The translations under genes were made by a program, and so were the position numbers. The notes beneath the pieces are model-generated. The model saw only the letters and a list, made by a program, of their open reading frames with translations, was not told the origin of the DNA and made no database searches. Below, in pieces: positions 13,240 through 24,194 of a DNA stretch of 64,000 nucleotides; within the stretch, counting starts at the first letter, position 1; each line of letters begins with the position of its first letter. The stretch is taken from contig CM060731.1 of assembly GCA_030704615.1 (NCBI GenBank), positions 96,155,903-96,219,902 on the forward strand, in the 5' to 3' direction. This DNA is from Takakia lepidozioides. Taxonomy: Eukaryota > Plantae > Bryophyta.

Positions 13240-15040
13240 CGAATGGAAATTCGGCACCCAATATCCAACAGAGGAAGCCCGGATGAAGTCGCCTCGGGCG
13301 CAGAGGCCGGAGTGTGTGCGACAGAGAACATCCCCTGGATGGAGATTCGGCGCCGAATTTCCATCCGGGCCCCCCAAAGGGAGTCGTGTCGGGGGGTCAG
13401 GCCGAAAACTGGACGGCATAAAAACATCCCCAGATGGAAAAACGGCGCCGAATTTCCATCCGGGGCGGTTCGGATGCAGTCGGGGAGGGGGGAGTGGCCT
13501 GCAGTTGGCCGTCACATTTCAACCCCCGGACGGAAATTCGGCACCGAATATCGAACAGGGGACGCCCGGATGAAGTCGCCTCGGGCGCAGAGGCCGGCGA
13601 GTGTGCGACAGAGAACATCCCATGGACGGAGATTCGGCGCCGAATTTCCATCCGGGCCCCCCCCAAAGGAAGTCTTGTCGGGGGTCAGACCGAAAACTGG
13701 CCGACATAAAAACTTCCACAGATGGGAAAACGGCGCCGAATTTGCATCCTGCAGGTAGGTGGAATCCCGGATGGATGGAGATTCGGCGCCGAATTTCCAT
13801 CCAGCAGGTAGGTGGAATCCCGGATGGATGGAGATTCGGCGCCGAATTTCCGTCCAGCAGGTAGGTGGAATCCCGGATGGATGGAGATTCGGCGCCGAAT
13901 TTCCGTCCAGCAGGTAGGTGGAATCCCGGATGGATGGAGATTCGGCGCCGAATTTCCGTCCAGCAGGTAGGTGGAATCTCGGATGGATGGAGATTCGGCG
14001 CCGAATTTCCGTCCTGCAGGTAATTCGAATACCGGATGAATGGAAATTCGGCGCCGAATTTCCATCAAGCACGTAAGCCGAATCCCGCATAAATGGAAAT
14101 TCGGCGCCGAATTTCCATCCAGCAGGTAAGTCGGATGGGTGCCGTATGGATATTCGGCGCCGAATTTCCATTCGACATGTATTTCTGAGCGTGGAATTAC
14201 CTTCGTGCAGGTAATTCCCAGATGAGAATTACCTTTGTGCAGGTAATTTCCAGATGAGAATTACCTTCGTGCAGGTAATTTCCAGATGAGAATTACCTTC
14301 CTCCAGGTAATTCCAATCGATGTGAATTCTTCGTCCACAATTACCTGCACGAAGGTAATTCTCATCTGGAAATTACCTGCACAAAGGTAATTCTCATCTG
14401 GGAATTACCTGCACGAAGGTAATTCCACGCTCAGAAATACATGGCGAATGGAAATTCGGCGCCGAATATCCATTTGGCACCGATTCGAATTACCTGCAGG
14501 ATGGAAATTCGGCGCCGAATTTCCATTTATGCGGGATTCGACTTACCTGCTGGATGGAAATTCGGCGCCGAATTTCCATTCATCCGGGATCCGAATTACC
14601 TGCAGGAGGGAAATTCGGCGCCGAATTACCTGCTTGAGGGAAATTTCCACCGCCGCCCTACCTCCGCGGATGGAAATTCGGCGCCGGATTTCCATCCGCG
14701 CGCTTCCGAATTACCTGCATGAGGGAAATTTCCACCGCCGCCCTACCTCCGCGGATGGAAATTCGGCGCCGGATTTCCATCCGCGCGCTTCCGAATTACC
14801 TGCATGAGGGAAATTTCCACCGCCGCCCTACCTCCGCGGATGGAAATTCGGCGCCGGATTTCCATCCGCGCGCTTCCGAATTACCTGCATGAGGGAAATT
14901 TCCAGCGCCGCCCTTCCTCCGCGGATGGAAATTCGGCGCCGGATATCCATCCTGCTGCGCTCCGAATTACCTGCAGGATGGAAATCCGGCGCCGGAATTC
15001 CATCGTGCAGCGCTCCGAATTACCTCTACGTTGGAAATTC
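13240..15040. repeat. Composite palindromic tandem-repeat array between the divergent transposase and ParB-MTase genes, with a central ~600-bp inverted repeat
   Basis: The recurrent 22-bp palindrome is GGAAATTCGGCGCCGAATTTCC. Sub-arrays: a ~290-bp duplication, 53-bp units (13750-14010), ~30-bp AATTACCT-N5-AGGTAATT units, and 85-bp units (14637-14960). 14176-14280 is the exact reverse complement of 14339-14443. Confidence 0.95.
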
Positions 15041-15253
15041 CGGGACTGTTTACGTCGATTTTCATCCGACATGGAGGGCTTCATCCGACATTTAATTGCG
15101 CAGTTGGGCAATAAATGTCGACGGCCGTCGGTTATTATTTGGGCTGGCGACGCATGGCTTCCTGGACACGTACCCTAAATCTCATCTAAACTTGGCTTAA
15201 CATGGTATTCCAGGCATGTACCCCAAAAAAGGAGATCTTTTTGGCTGGGACTT

Positions 15254-18200
15254 ATGCCGCCTGAAGGGCGTGGCTCTCCTGAGAGAGACCTCACATCCAG
15301 ACCGCGGCGGAAGTTGAAAGCTCTGTACTACGGACGACGGCCAATCTCTCGCATGGCCAAACTGAAGCTCCAGCAGGAGATTCCAGTGTCTTGCTCACAA
15401 CCTGCGCCAACTGAAGCCGAGTACTCTCAGGCAAGCCACTTCTGCTTTCGGTTTGTTCGATTTATTTTTTGCTTTCGCTTTGTTTTTGCATCTTCATCCT
15501 GGCTTTGCTGTATGAGTGAACTTTAGATAGTTGAGTGAACCTTAGATTGTTTGCAATGCGTGTGCAAATCCGGCAGCTCTGGAGAAGGCTGCTTGTGCAT
15601 GTCATTCTTAGGCAATGGTTGCATTTGTTTTCATTGTTGTTGCATGGCTCTCCATACTTCCTAAACTTGTTATGTTTTCATTTTTGCTACATGATTGTTG
15701 CTATGGTGGTTGCGCTGCTCGTTGCGATGCTGCTTTTTGCACCGATGTTGGTTTTCACGATTTTTGTCAATGACAGAGTGACGACGAGCCCGGCACGCTG
15801 GTGGTATCATCGACAGCTCCAACTCATCGCATGTTTGAATCGCCCAACTTGGGGCGAGAGGGCAAACTTAAACCTTTTGTTGGTGGACGGGAGGACTTGC
15901 AACGAGATTACGACAGAGTAGGCATTGGGGAGGTTGGTGCAGGCGGCATGGCAGGTGAAGGGCGTGAGGACATGAGGACAGCAGATCCGGCAATGGAGGT
16001 TGTTCATGCACATGCAGTAGGGCCCGCCCACGCAAAGAAAAAGAAGAAAGCTAAGCACATGCAATCCCCGGCGAGAGAGCAGTCACGGGCTGCGGAGGGG
16101 GGAGTGAGCAGTGCGCGCGAGGGTTCAGTTCGCCTCAATCAAAGGTGGTCGTCCTGGAGGGCTCCCCTGCTGCTAGCCCTAGTAAGAAACAGAAAGCCCG
16201 TGAGAGGGCAAAAGAGAGGGCAAAAGAACAGACGAGACAGAATGCTAGCCAGGAGGAAAGACAAAAGGCAGCTGAAGAGGCCAGGGGTGCCCAAATGACA
16301 GATGCCAATGTAAGCGAGGGACCCACAGAGACGGTGGATCCCTACAAGACACCACAGAGAGGCAGTAGCACACCGGTTAGACCATCGCGGGCAAGAGCAG
16401 CCCCCGCAATTACCCATACGGTGGAGAGTGGAGGAGAGGAAAGAACACCTGAAAGAGCACGGATTGTGCAAGTTCGAGGTGAAGCCAGGGAGAGGGCAGT
16501 AGAGACGACAAGAGTGCTGGAGGTGTTTCGCAGGTGGCTGACCCTGTTGAGGAGGACGACATGGAGGTTTCTGACCAGGATGACATCCTCCCGGACATCC
16601 CCAGGCCCCAAACCCGGAGCATACAGGCTGGATTTGGCGGTCCTGGTGGGCTGCCGGAAAACCCCTCTGCAGCAGACGTCATGTCTGAGGCGGATATGAA
16701 GTTGGCCGCTGCCAAGATGTTGGAGGCAACCCACAGCAACATTGGCAGGGTGCTGGGGGGCATGGTGTACCCGGCCAAGCTTCGAATTCCCCTTTGCCGC
16801 TTGGTGTCATTGCAGGTGGTGAGACCTGCCCTGCCAGGCGATATCGACAAGCTGAAATTCTCTTTCCGGGATGGATATCGAATGGGGTCTGCCGCCTTTT
16901 ACGTTTCCATTGAGAACGACCACGGAGCTTCCCGTGCCCACACTTCCGATGAGGTGGACAAATGGGGTCCCCATTGGCAAACGCGAAATGAGGAGTTCGA
17001 GAGATCGATTGCTAGTGATCCTCTTTTCCAGCACATGTCCGGTAAGATGTTCTACGTGTGGGACGGCAATCATCGCCTCCTGGCATGGATGGAGCACATT
17101 GCCCAAGCCCACCCCAACGATCTCGATTGGCATTTCGCCGTCGATTGTGTTGTGCTGAAGGTTGCGGGGCCCAAAGATCGCAGTCTTCTCAAAGCTGCAA
17201 TGGCCGACATCAACTCGTAAGCTACAACCCCTCTCGCTTTTGGACTTTGAATTTGGAAGTCATTTCATTGCGAATCCTCATATATGATGAAAATTCCCAT
17301 TTCAGTATTGTTTGATGGAAATGTGGCACTGCAGGGTGACTGAGAATGCCTTCATTGCCACGAACTTGTCCCATATGCTCTTCCGAGTGAAGGATGTCGG
17401 GAAGCAGGGGGTGCAAGAGTTTGCCAATTCCCTCAGTGCCGACCTCCTGCGCAAGTCGGAGGCAAAGGCAGACAGAACCTGGTATAGGCTGAGCGTCGAC
17501 GCCATGGTGGACTACATATTTCGGGTAAAGCTCCTCACAGTTTTGTTGAGCTAATTTGTCTCTCCTCCCCCAATAGAAGAAATTGTGTTGAGCAGGATCT
17601 CTAATCTTATGTGCGCCTTTTCGACAGACGAAAATACAGCAGGATTTGGCACATGCGCGGAGGTTCTACATGGAGTCAGAGGAGAAGAATCCAACCCTCC
17701 CGGAACTCGAATCGTATGTCAAAGCTGCGGAGGTGAGGGCCCGCATAAAGTACAAGTCGCGGATGGTAAAGTACGTGGCCATAGCTGATCCCGCCCTTGG
17801 TGCCGACTTTCTGGTGGAGGTAGGGAAGCACTACTCTCGCGCTCTGAAGCCCACGATGACATTGGAGAAGCTCCATCGTCTAGCCACATCCTGTGTGGAT
17901 GCAACAGAAAAGGTGATACATTCTTAACCAAATTGTGGTGGCAACAACTCCTTTTTGTGGTGTTTGGCGCTTACGAATATGCTGGGTGGTTGGACAGACC
18001 CGGTGGCTCCAAATCTGGAATGGTTCCCAAAGTACCAGGGACATGTGGAGCTTCCCCAAACCGGACAAACTCTCTGACCCCACATTCGACATGTGGATGA
18101 ACCGCATGACATGGTGGTTTCAGGTACTTCCCCACGCTTCGTTTGGGGCTTGTACTCTAGTAGGGGGTGGATTCATTGTATTTTTTGAGGAAAGCGATCT

Positions 18201-21200
18201 GATGGACAATCTCCACAGGTGACGACGAATGCGCAAGAGCAGCTGGACACACAAGCACATCAGTTCAAGATGGAGATATCTCCTGCAGCAGAGAGCCTAC
18301 GTGACTATGTGACGAGGTACTTTCTGCTCTACAAAACCAACCTATTCTTTCGGGAGATAGCAGATGCTCGCCGGAGCCACGAGTTCACCGACCAGCCGAA
18401 CGCGGACAAAGCAGCAATGCGCCTTCTGTACAGGTACATACGCGCTGCCTTTCTTTCAAGTCCTGGCATTGCAGGATGTTAGAGGCCTCAAGTGGTGTTA
18501 GGGAAAATGGCGCCGAATTTCCAGTCAGGGCTCCGAAAATGGCTAAGTCCCTAGACTGGCTGGCCCGGAACTGGAAATTCGGCGCCATTTTCCAGTTCCA
18601 GGCCCTATTGCCGTTCAGGGACTTACCCATTTTCGGCCCAAGTCCCTAGACTGGCTGGCCCTGAAGTGGAAATTCGGCGCCATATTCCAGTTTTAGGCCC
18701 TATTGCCGTTCAGGGAGTTAGCCATTTTCGGCTAAGTCCCTAGTGTGGCTGGCCCGGAACTGGAAATTCGGCGCCGTTTTCCAGTTCTAGGCCCTATTGC
18801 CGTCCAGGGACTTAGCCATTTTCGGGCTAAGTCCCTAGACTGGGTGGCCCGGAACTGGAAATTCGGCGCCGTTTTCCAGTTCTAGGCCCTATTGCCGTCG
18901 AGGGACTTAGCCATTTTCGGGCTAAGTCCCTAGACTGGGTGGCCCTGAAGTGGAAATTCGGCGCCATATTCTAGTTGTAGGCCCTATTGCCGTTCAGAGA
19001 CTTAGCCATTTTCGGACCTCATTTTGTTTTTCATGAATGCAGGTACTGTAAGTTCTCGCTTTTGGAGAAAGGTCATCTGTCTTTCGAGCCACCATTCTTC
19101 CTGGCATGGAGGAACCCTGGGGCTGACTCCATGTACACTGACGATATTGTGAAGGAGTGGCATCTGGAACATTTGCGTGATTGCCCTTGGTATGTGGACC
19201 TTCCGCCCGGCTCGCTCGACCCATCCGAGTTTCAATTGAAGCTGGATGCTGAATTCCGACGAAACCGGGCTCCGCTGCCTCCGTTGGGTGCAAAAGAGGC
19301 AAAAGCGCTTGCGAACTCCAGGAAAGCGGCAGAGCTTGCTCAGGCAGGAATTCAGGAGAAATTGCATGAGAAGAGTAAAGGTCAAAGGAAAAGGACAAGG
19401 AAACAGGTGACTGCAGTAACACCCAAAAAGAAGAAAACCATCGGGGCATCGGAGGAGGCGCAGGAGGGGACCCAAGAGAGTGACTCCGACGCCGATTTTG
19501 TTCAAGGTCCTGCGACTGCTGTTGCTCCTACCCAGTCACCGGTCGTCCGGGTTCCCAAGTCAGTTCGGAGTGGGACTGGCTCTGCCAAGAAGTTGGCATT
19601 TGAGGGCGAGCCTACACGGCGGTATTCGGCGGTGACGTTTACGCACAGGCCAAAGCTAGAACCTCCAACCATCATCCAATGCGTCAATGAGAGCTTCTTG
19701 ACGCTCTCGCTGCCAGGGCGAAGAAGGTGGCACACAACAAGTCTCTGGCGGAGCAGAAGGGGAAAGCCAAGAAGAGGGCTGCCGGTACAGAGCCTAAAGA
19801 CACCCCTGGTTTTGAAGCCATGATGGAATTCTTCACGGCTGTGAGCACGAATTGCAAGAGCACTCGGGGGGGGGGTTGAGGTGGAGAGAGCTTGCGACAT
19901 GATTCTCCTCGACATTCCAGATGGGGAGCTGCTGGAGGGCCTAGATGGTGTGCCCACCTGGAACAGGTTTACTGAGGACTACTGGAAAGCCGGGTTTGGG
20001 CTGGCGGGGATGCTTCTGGATGACGGTGGATGTGTGGTTGTCCTTGCCACGAGAGGGAAGACCACAGAGAATGCGGTGGCAAGGTGGACACCGAAAAGTG
20101 TCACCCCGGTCCTCCTCAGAAAATGGTTCTGCATCAGTACGCAGGGGTTGCGAACAAAGGGCCAAAGTGTAAGTTATCAATCTATTGCATTCACTTCATA
20201 TTGTGGTGTATGTTAAGTAGACCCTGGAATTGATCCCTTCTTTGTTGGATGTGCAGACATTGGTGTTTGAGGCATATTGCTTTGTGAAGAGAGGGTCTAC
20301 GTTCAAATTCCGCAACGACGGTCGTCTTGTTGATGCCGCTGTGGACCCTGTAACCTACGATGTCCTCTACAACTATGTGCCCCACTCTAGTATGCCGAAG
20401 GACACAAAGACAGGCAAACCGTGGCGGTACAGCCGGACCCGGAGCCCTGCTTTCATCCAAACCCTCATGGAGACGTGCTCGGATGTCCAAGGGCGGATTC
20501 TGGACCTCACATGCGGCACGGGTAAGCCTTCACGTGCTCAGTTTGTCCCCTGGCCCCATTGCAATTGCATGCCGCAAGCTATTAACCGCCCGCTTTGTTC
20601 CTCAGGTGCTTCAATGTGGGCAGGGACGTTGTCCGACAGGCATGTGTTCGCCTTCGAGCCAGATACTGCCCTCCACAACTCGGAACTTGCAGCGGCTGAA
20701 CGTCTGCCGAAAGAGGAAGAGGCATCCTCGGAGGATGAGGAAAAATCCGAGAAGGAGCAGGGGGAGGAAGTTGGGATCGAGGCCGAGGAGCCCCCGGTTT
20801 ACGAGTGAGTGGTGGCATTGTAAGTTGCCTCCAGATTTTGTGAGGCACCTCCCTCCGCTCTCTTATTTCATTGAAAACCCTTTCTGGTTGTGCTGGTATT
20901 GACATTCTTCAAGTGGATTTGTTCTTACTGTAGGATGCCAAGTACTGCCGGAGGGACGTCTACACCGGAGTTCATGGGCAGGAGGAACGTGCCTTTTTTT
21001 GCCAGGGGGGATTTCATGCCTAGTCCAGAAAGGGAGTACATCCTTCCTACTTATGCTGCCCGGCTTGCTTCGGTGTCCATTAGGAGGTGTTCCGAACGTA
21101 GTCGTGTACAGCAGATTTTAGACGAGGCAAGCCTCAAGAAAATGAAGATGAGGGAGGAGGCAGCAGCTATTAGAGCCCGTCGAGCTCGTAGATTTGTGTT

Positions 21201-21393
21201 GGATTCTGCTGAGGAAAGTGGGGGAGAAGACGCAGAAGATTCCCAGGAGGTGAGGTGGACAGTCCCCCAAGGAGAGGACGGGATTTTTGAGAGGCATAGT
21301 GGAACTGATGCATCACAGAGCTCGGAGGATGAGGGGGATGAGGGGGATGAGGAAGAAGGTGGGGCAAGTTCCTCGGAGGGTGTAGGAGAGTAG
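15254..21393 (+). CDS. Multi-exon ParB/Srx-domain + beta-class N4C/N6A DNA-methyltransferase-like gene of element A; some frameshifts in low-complexity parts
   Basis: ParB/Srx: IPLCRLVSLQVVRP..DIDKL..FYVWDGNHRLLAW (16534-17216). MTase in beta order: CDMILLDIPDG..W..LLDDGGCVVV (~19890-20045), then RSPAFIQTLMETCSDVQGRILDLTCGTG|ASMWAG..RHVFAFE (~20440-20660). GT-AG introns at ~17217, 17525, 17913, 18124, 18434, 20168 and 20522. The start codon is uncertain. Confidence 0.85.
18505..19016. repeat. Five ~95-bp tandem repeats inside an intron of the ParB-MTase gene, each with GGAAATTCGGCGCC
   Basis: ctaagtccctag..tggaaattcggcgcc..ggccctattgccg..gacttagccattttcgg at ~18543, 18639, 18732, 18827 and 18922. 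Confidence 0.9.
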
Positions 21394-21555
21394 TGCCCAT
21401 TCCGGCTATGACAGTTAGAACACACTTGTATAGACGTGGCTTGCCACAAAATTTGCAATAAAATGTTGCATTTCAAGTCCACTGGTGCCACATTCCAACT
21501 TCACATGACCCTATTTCCGTGCCTCCTAACCCTATTTCCGTGGACTCACAATGGT

Positions 21556-21614
21556 CTGCTCATGCTTTTTTTTTTTCCGCTCATGCTCATGCCGCTCATG
21601 AAATAGCAGCCCCC
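21556..21614 (-). repeat. Right TIR of element A
   Basis: ctgctcatgc..gctcatgctcatgccgctcatgaaatagcagccccc, followed by the TSD. Confidence 0.85.
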
Positions 21615-22861
21615 GGTTATAGGCGGCGCATGTTAATGCTGACGTGGCAGATGACGGACACTGCCACATCATCATTTGCCGCCACATCAGCATGCTGACA
21701 TGACGCTCATGCCACGTCAGCGTGGGTGCAGGCTCACGCCACGTCACTCCTGCGTGAGCGTACGCTCACGCGCAACGCTCACGCCATTGCGTCGTTGCTA
21801 CCAGACCATCGGTGGTCTTTCACGGGGGTGGGAGTTTTGCCATGTACACACAACAAAAAACCAGATCGCCTGAATTTTGGACGAAACAAGAACTGCCGCA
21901 TGAAATCGACCCAAATATATGTGCCCCAAGTCGTTCAAAAAACAAAATCAACCAAAGCGGGGTGGGCCTCTAAAAGGGGCTCTCCCAAGGAGGGTGGCTT
22001 TTCCATGCGAGCCCTACATGGCTATGGGTGGCTATTCCATGCGGGCCCCACATGGCTATTGCATGCCTCCCCAAAGTGGTTGCATGGCAGCTGCAGACAA
22101 ATCTTCTAGAATGTGGCGATGCTCTCCAGGTGGGACAGTTGGAGGCGTTGGCTGATGGCAGTTAACATAAGAGAGTTAGCTAAGAGAGACGAGAAGAGAT
22201 GCATAGCCAAGAGAGAGTCCAAGAGAGAGGGCAAGCCATAGCTATGCAACGGAAGGGTTTAGGATTGCTATGCAACGGCGCTACAATGAAGAGGAGGGTG
22301 TAAAGGGTCTTCAACAACTCTATATAATTTATATTTATCTTCATACACGGATTTTATGTAACACAGGTTATTCTGTGTTTATTCAAGGTGATTTTTCTGC
22401 TCCAAATTACTTCCAGATGCACTTGGCTCTGCTTGATTGCGACTTTCCATGGCTACGGATTGATATTTTACATATTCAAAGAGAACCCATGTCTATCCCC
22501 TGTGTGAACACCACCTTACACTCTTTGTTGTAATCTGATCTCCACGAAGCCATCTTCGCCTCGGAAGCCAGGCTTGATCTTCAAAATTTCCCTAGACTAT
22601 TAGGTACTTATCACCGATGACCGCAGGAGATCATGAGGAGTTACATGCTAGGATAAATTTTGCCATTCTAAGAAACATTATTTCAAAGTCTTCAAATAAC
22701 TATTGAGAACCAGCATGAGGAGACCAAGAGACACAATAGATTTATGGTTCTTTGAGGAGGCGTCATCAATTTTTTTTAGAACTGGGACGTTGAGAAGTGA
22801 TATCCGACAATTCATGAGCTTCATTGACTAGGATAATGATAACCAGTACAAAGAAGAACAT

Positions 22862-23800
22862 CGGTCCCAATATGGATGTGGCTTGATTTTATTGCAAGCG
22901 TGTGAGCTGACGGGTACGGCCAACGAGGTACAGCCGGGGAACCCCTGCTCCGGCAGCCTCGTCGGTGAACTGGACGCCCCATGTCAAATCATCCCCACCC
23001 CCCTCCAACCCTCCGCCCGTTGCCCCGCCCCCGTCCGCCCGCTGCTCCCGCGCCCGCCCGCCCGGGACCCCTGACCCCCGCCCCACCGCTGGCCACGCGG
23101 CGCCCCACAGCACCGCCCAATCACCAGCCACGTGGCGGCCCCCTACTGTGGATCCCCTCACTGGGTTGATCCCCCTTCCAGTGCCGGAGTGATCCCCCAC
23201 CCCCATCTCCAGCCACGTGGCGCTACCCCGAACCGTCGATCCCCTCCCCATCCATCCAACCTCAATTAAATGGATGACGGCCGGATGAAGGCCCCATGAT
23301 GCGCCCATCGCCACGTGGCACTCCCGCCGCCGTCGATCCCCTCCTCCCATCCATGACGCGCTCCCCCGAGACGTCGCCGCTCCCCCCGACGCACCTTGAT
23401 CCCCCTTCCGGACCGGGAGTGATCCCCCAACCCTAATCGCCCGCCATGTGCGGCTCCCCCGGACCGTCGATCCCTTGCGCATCCATCCAACCTCACAAAC
23501 AATGGATGTTGTGTGTCATCCGCCCCTCATCCCCCCGCCATCCTCCCGCGCAAGGGATGGACGACGGCCGGATGAAGGCCGGATGACACTGACAGGCCAC
23601 GTGCCGCTCCCCCCGCCGTCGATACCCTCTTCCCATCGACGGCCCGATCCCCCGACACGTCGCCCCCACCCCGGTTGATCCCCCGTCCAAACCGGGAATT
23701 GATCCCCCTCTCGTCTTCTACCACCACGTGGCGGTCTCCGTAGCCGTCGATCCCCTCGTCCCATCCAAGACCCGATCCCCCGAGCCACCGCTCCCCCCGC
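22862..23800 (+). repeat. Left TIR of D (~0.85-0.95 kb, GC-rich, internally repetitive)
   Basis: Colinear reverse-complement match to ~35730-36788, rich in GATCCCC and CACGTGG. Confidence 0.9.
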
Positions 23801-24194
23801 CCTCTGGTTGATCCCCGCCGCCGCCATGCCGCGTGTCTTCCTACCCTTGACCCCCCCCCCCCGCGCGTCAACGGCAGAACAGGTGATCGTTCCCCCCCAT
23901 GGTGGTCCCCTCTCCGTTGATCCCCCACACCACCTGGAGTGATCCCCCATCCTTCCGCTCCCCCCCCCCCCCCCCGGGAGAGATCCCCCTTCCACGTGTC
24001 AAATGTCAGGGCTGTTTGCACGTGGCTATCATTCTGTTCATCTATGTCGTCCTCCCCCATCCAACGGCCATGCACGTCCCCCGCCATTTTGGTCTGTGAG
24101 ATGAACGGAGTGGATGTATTAAAATTTAGGGTTTCTGGCTGCTCGTAGATTTGATCCTCTTTGCGCGCGTGTATGCTGCACTTGCGCGTGTAGT

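Larger units (their letters stand above)
8580..21614. mobile_element. Element A: 13.0-kb Mutator-like element with both ends, short TIRs and a perfect 9-bp TSD, encoding a transposase (-) and a ParB-methyltransferase gene (+)
   Basis: GGTTATAGG at 8571-8579 and again at 21615-21623. The left end GAGGTTTGCTATTTCATGAGCATGAGCGGCATGAGC matches the reverse complement of the right end, GGGGGCTGCTATTTCATGAGCGGCATGAGCATGAGC. Confidence 0.92.
3277..21797 (+). mobile_element. Element X: degenerate MULE (GCM-like transposase plus divergent Ulp1-like gene) that hosts element A; left end displaced off-window by the retrotransposon
   Basis: Transposase at 4940-8145 and Ulp1-like exons at 3311-4808. After A's TSD, 21624-21797 has GCTCACG/GCCACGTCAG subterminal motifs like those at B's end (52015-52095). 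The right end is approximate. Confidence 0.6.

Noticed and set aside
13109-15178. Many ORFs with MEIRRRISI / WKFGAEF / DGNSAPNF repeats (also 8708-9371 and 56887-63684)
   Set aside because: These are translations of tandem palindromic DNA in all frames and both strands, not credible proteins.
15254-21393. Bacterial or phage contamination, or a restriction-modification system, as the source of ParB + MTase
   Set aside because: The gene has multiple GT-AG introns conserved between two copies and lies within a TIR/TSD-bounded MULE. No restriction nuclease or ParA is visible.
22883-24148. Gly/Arg/Pro-rich ORFs here and at 35323-36807
   Set aside because: They are artefacts of the GC-rich TIRs of element D.
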